Below, in pieces: positions 18,685-20,000 of a stretch of DNA of 20,000 bases. Origin of the DNA: an uncultured virus (IMG/VR IMGVR_UViG_3300021399_000140) (taxonomy: Duplodnaviria > Heunggongvirae > Uroviricota > Caudoviricetes); the IMG/VR virus record IMGVR_UViG_3300021399_000140; one strand, 5' to 3'. Position numbers and translations under genes: made by a program. The stretch's first letter is position 1; the number at the start of each line of letters is the position of its first letter. The notes under the pieces were generated by a model, which saw nothing but the letters and a program-made list of their open reading frames with translations, had not been told where the DNA came from and ran no database searches.

Positions 18685-20000
18685 ATGGCAGTAAACACTG
18701 TAAATACAAGACTGATTCTTAGAAATGATGATCTAAGCAATTGGAATCAAAGCAGCAAGATACTTCTTAGAGGTGAAGCTGCTTTAGCAAAACATACATC
18801 TGGAGATTACGCTGGCAGGTATGAGATACGAATTGGTAATGGTGAAGATGCATTTTCAGCGCTTGCACCAACAAACGTCGTATTTCCATGGGACGCTATA
18901 AGTGGCGCGCCAGCTGCAGCTACATATGAGCTGTCAGTAAGTGAAAACAACTTAAGTGCTTGTGTGATATCAACGGATGTCAACAACAACATCACTGGTA
19001 CAGCAGGTGATGTATTCTCACTTCAAGGACTTTCAGATGCAATAAGCACCAAAGTCATTGTAAAAGATGGATAGACATCTTCAGCAATTGACTCATTCAT
19101 AATAAACAAAGTGTCTGAAGACGCTTATGCTCAATTAAAAGCAGATGGCTAGCTTTGTGCAGATTAGTTGTACACAATAACTGGAAATACATCTAGCATA
19201 AACAACTTTGGCATGCCATTGATTTCAGTTGCATCTCCATCTGCAGATTCTCCAGACCATTGGGCAGCAACTAAAGGCTATGTAGATGGAATCAGCACTA
19301 GCATAAACAACTAGATAACTGGAATATCTGATGCAATTTCAAATGCTAGCACCGGTCTAAGCGCCCAAGTTACAGCTATATCAAATGACCTATATACTGC
19401 TGGAACAGGTCTAAGTGCACAAGTCACTGCTAACACAGCAAACATTGGTTCATTGTCAACAGCATTGACTGCTGATACTACTGGTCTTTGCGCTAGAGTT
19501 ACTGCTCTTGAGAATGCAACTACAAACGGCGTCAACTTTGTTGGCCATGTGTCAGCAATGACAGATGGACAAAATGCTACATACACATTGAATGGTGAAT
19601 CAGCACCAAGACCTGCTACAGCTGGAAACATTGTCATAAAAGACGGTGTTGAGTACATCTTCTCAGAAGTGTCTAAGAAGTGGGAGCAATTTGGTGATGA
19701 AGGCAACACTGCTACTACGGCATATGTAGATGACAAGCTCACAACAGTGTCAAACAAATACTGGTCAGCAGCTTCAATTGACCAACTTTCAAACTATGAA
19801 AACTATGTAGCTGGTGATGTAGCTGTAATAAAAACCGAGATTGGTTCTGAAACTGGAAAGTATGAATATACAGCATACTACTATGCCGGAAACAACACAT
19901 GGCAAGCTATGGATGGAAACTACAGCGCTGATAATGTGTATTTTTCAGAAAACATCATCATGACATACAAGTTTGGAAAATATGATGCTTCTGACGCTAA
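18685..20000 (+). CDS. Tail fibre / receptor-binding protein with an Mtd_N (hyaluronidase N-terminal-like) domain, 3' truncated
   Basis: AAAGGA RBS. N-terminus TRLILRND..SNW....ILLRGE...IRIGNG..AFSAL; trimer neck motifs AATKGYVD and ATTAYVDD; TAGs at 19072, 19150, 19165 and 19312; frame open to the window end. Confidence 0.75.
19351..19506 (+). repeat. Three internal coiled-coil repeats: TGLSAQVTA / TGLSAQVTA / TGLCARVTA
   Basis: The repeats start at 19351, 19405 and 19480 in the tail-fibre frame. Confidence 0.7.

Noticed and set aside
1..20000. Interpreting the fragmented ORFs as pseudogenes of a decayed prophage or as sequencing errors
   Set aside because: All interruptions are TAG. I found no frameshifts and no internal TAA or TGA, catalytic motifs are intact, and TAG aligns with conserved Gln positions.
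1..20000. CRISPR array, tRNA (including a suppressor tRNA), intron or IS element
   Set aside because: Under code 15 no intergenic gap exceeds about 75 nt, and I saw no spaced direct repeats, cloverleaf or transposase motifs. A tRNAscan/Infernal run would confirm this.

Overview
This is a fragment of a large T4-like (myovirus/jumbo-type) phage genome that appears to use an alternative genetic code, with TAG read as Gln (translation table 15). The supplied code-11 ORF track is fragmented. Reading TAG as sense joins the fragments into 24 tightly packed genes containing about 80 in-frame TAGs (hand count), and every complete gene ends in TAA or TGA. (1) 1-8853 (+): a ligase-fold nucleotidyltransferase, a PD-(D/E)xK-like protein, a HIGH-family nucleotidyltransferase fusion, a SAM methyltransferase, an unknown protein, a gp3-like tail terminator, an acidic D/S-rich protein and a small 4-Cys protein. 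(2) 8846-11360 (-): a DUF1064-like nuclease and four hypothetical genes. (3) 11433-13753 (+): a collagen-motif protein, a secreted protein or lipoprotein, and a YiiX/YebB-like permuted NlpC/P60 enzyme. (4) 13713-17433 (-): a hypothetical gene, a conserved phage protein, gp62 and gp44 clamp loader subunits, RNase H (5'-3' exonuclease) and a gp13 neck protein. (5) 17505-end (+): a His/Pro/Cys-rich protein and an Mtd_N-type tail fibre. Notable features are a recurrent candidate late promoter (GCnnAAGTAAATA), T4-like capsid-targeting N-termini on enzymes (suggesting a packaged and injected enzyme set), and an intrinsic terminator embedded in an antisense CDS. All family calls come from motif recognition by eye; no searches were run.
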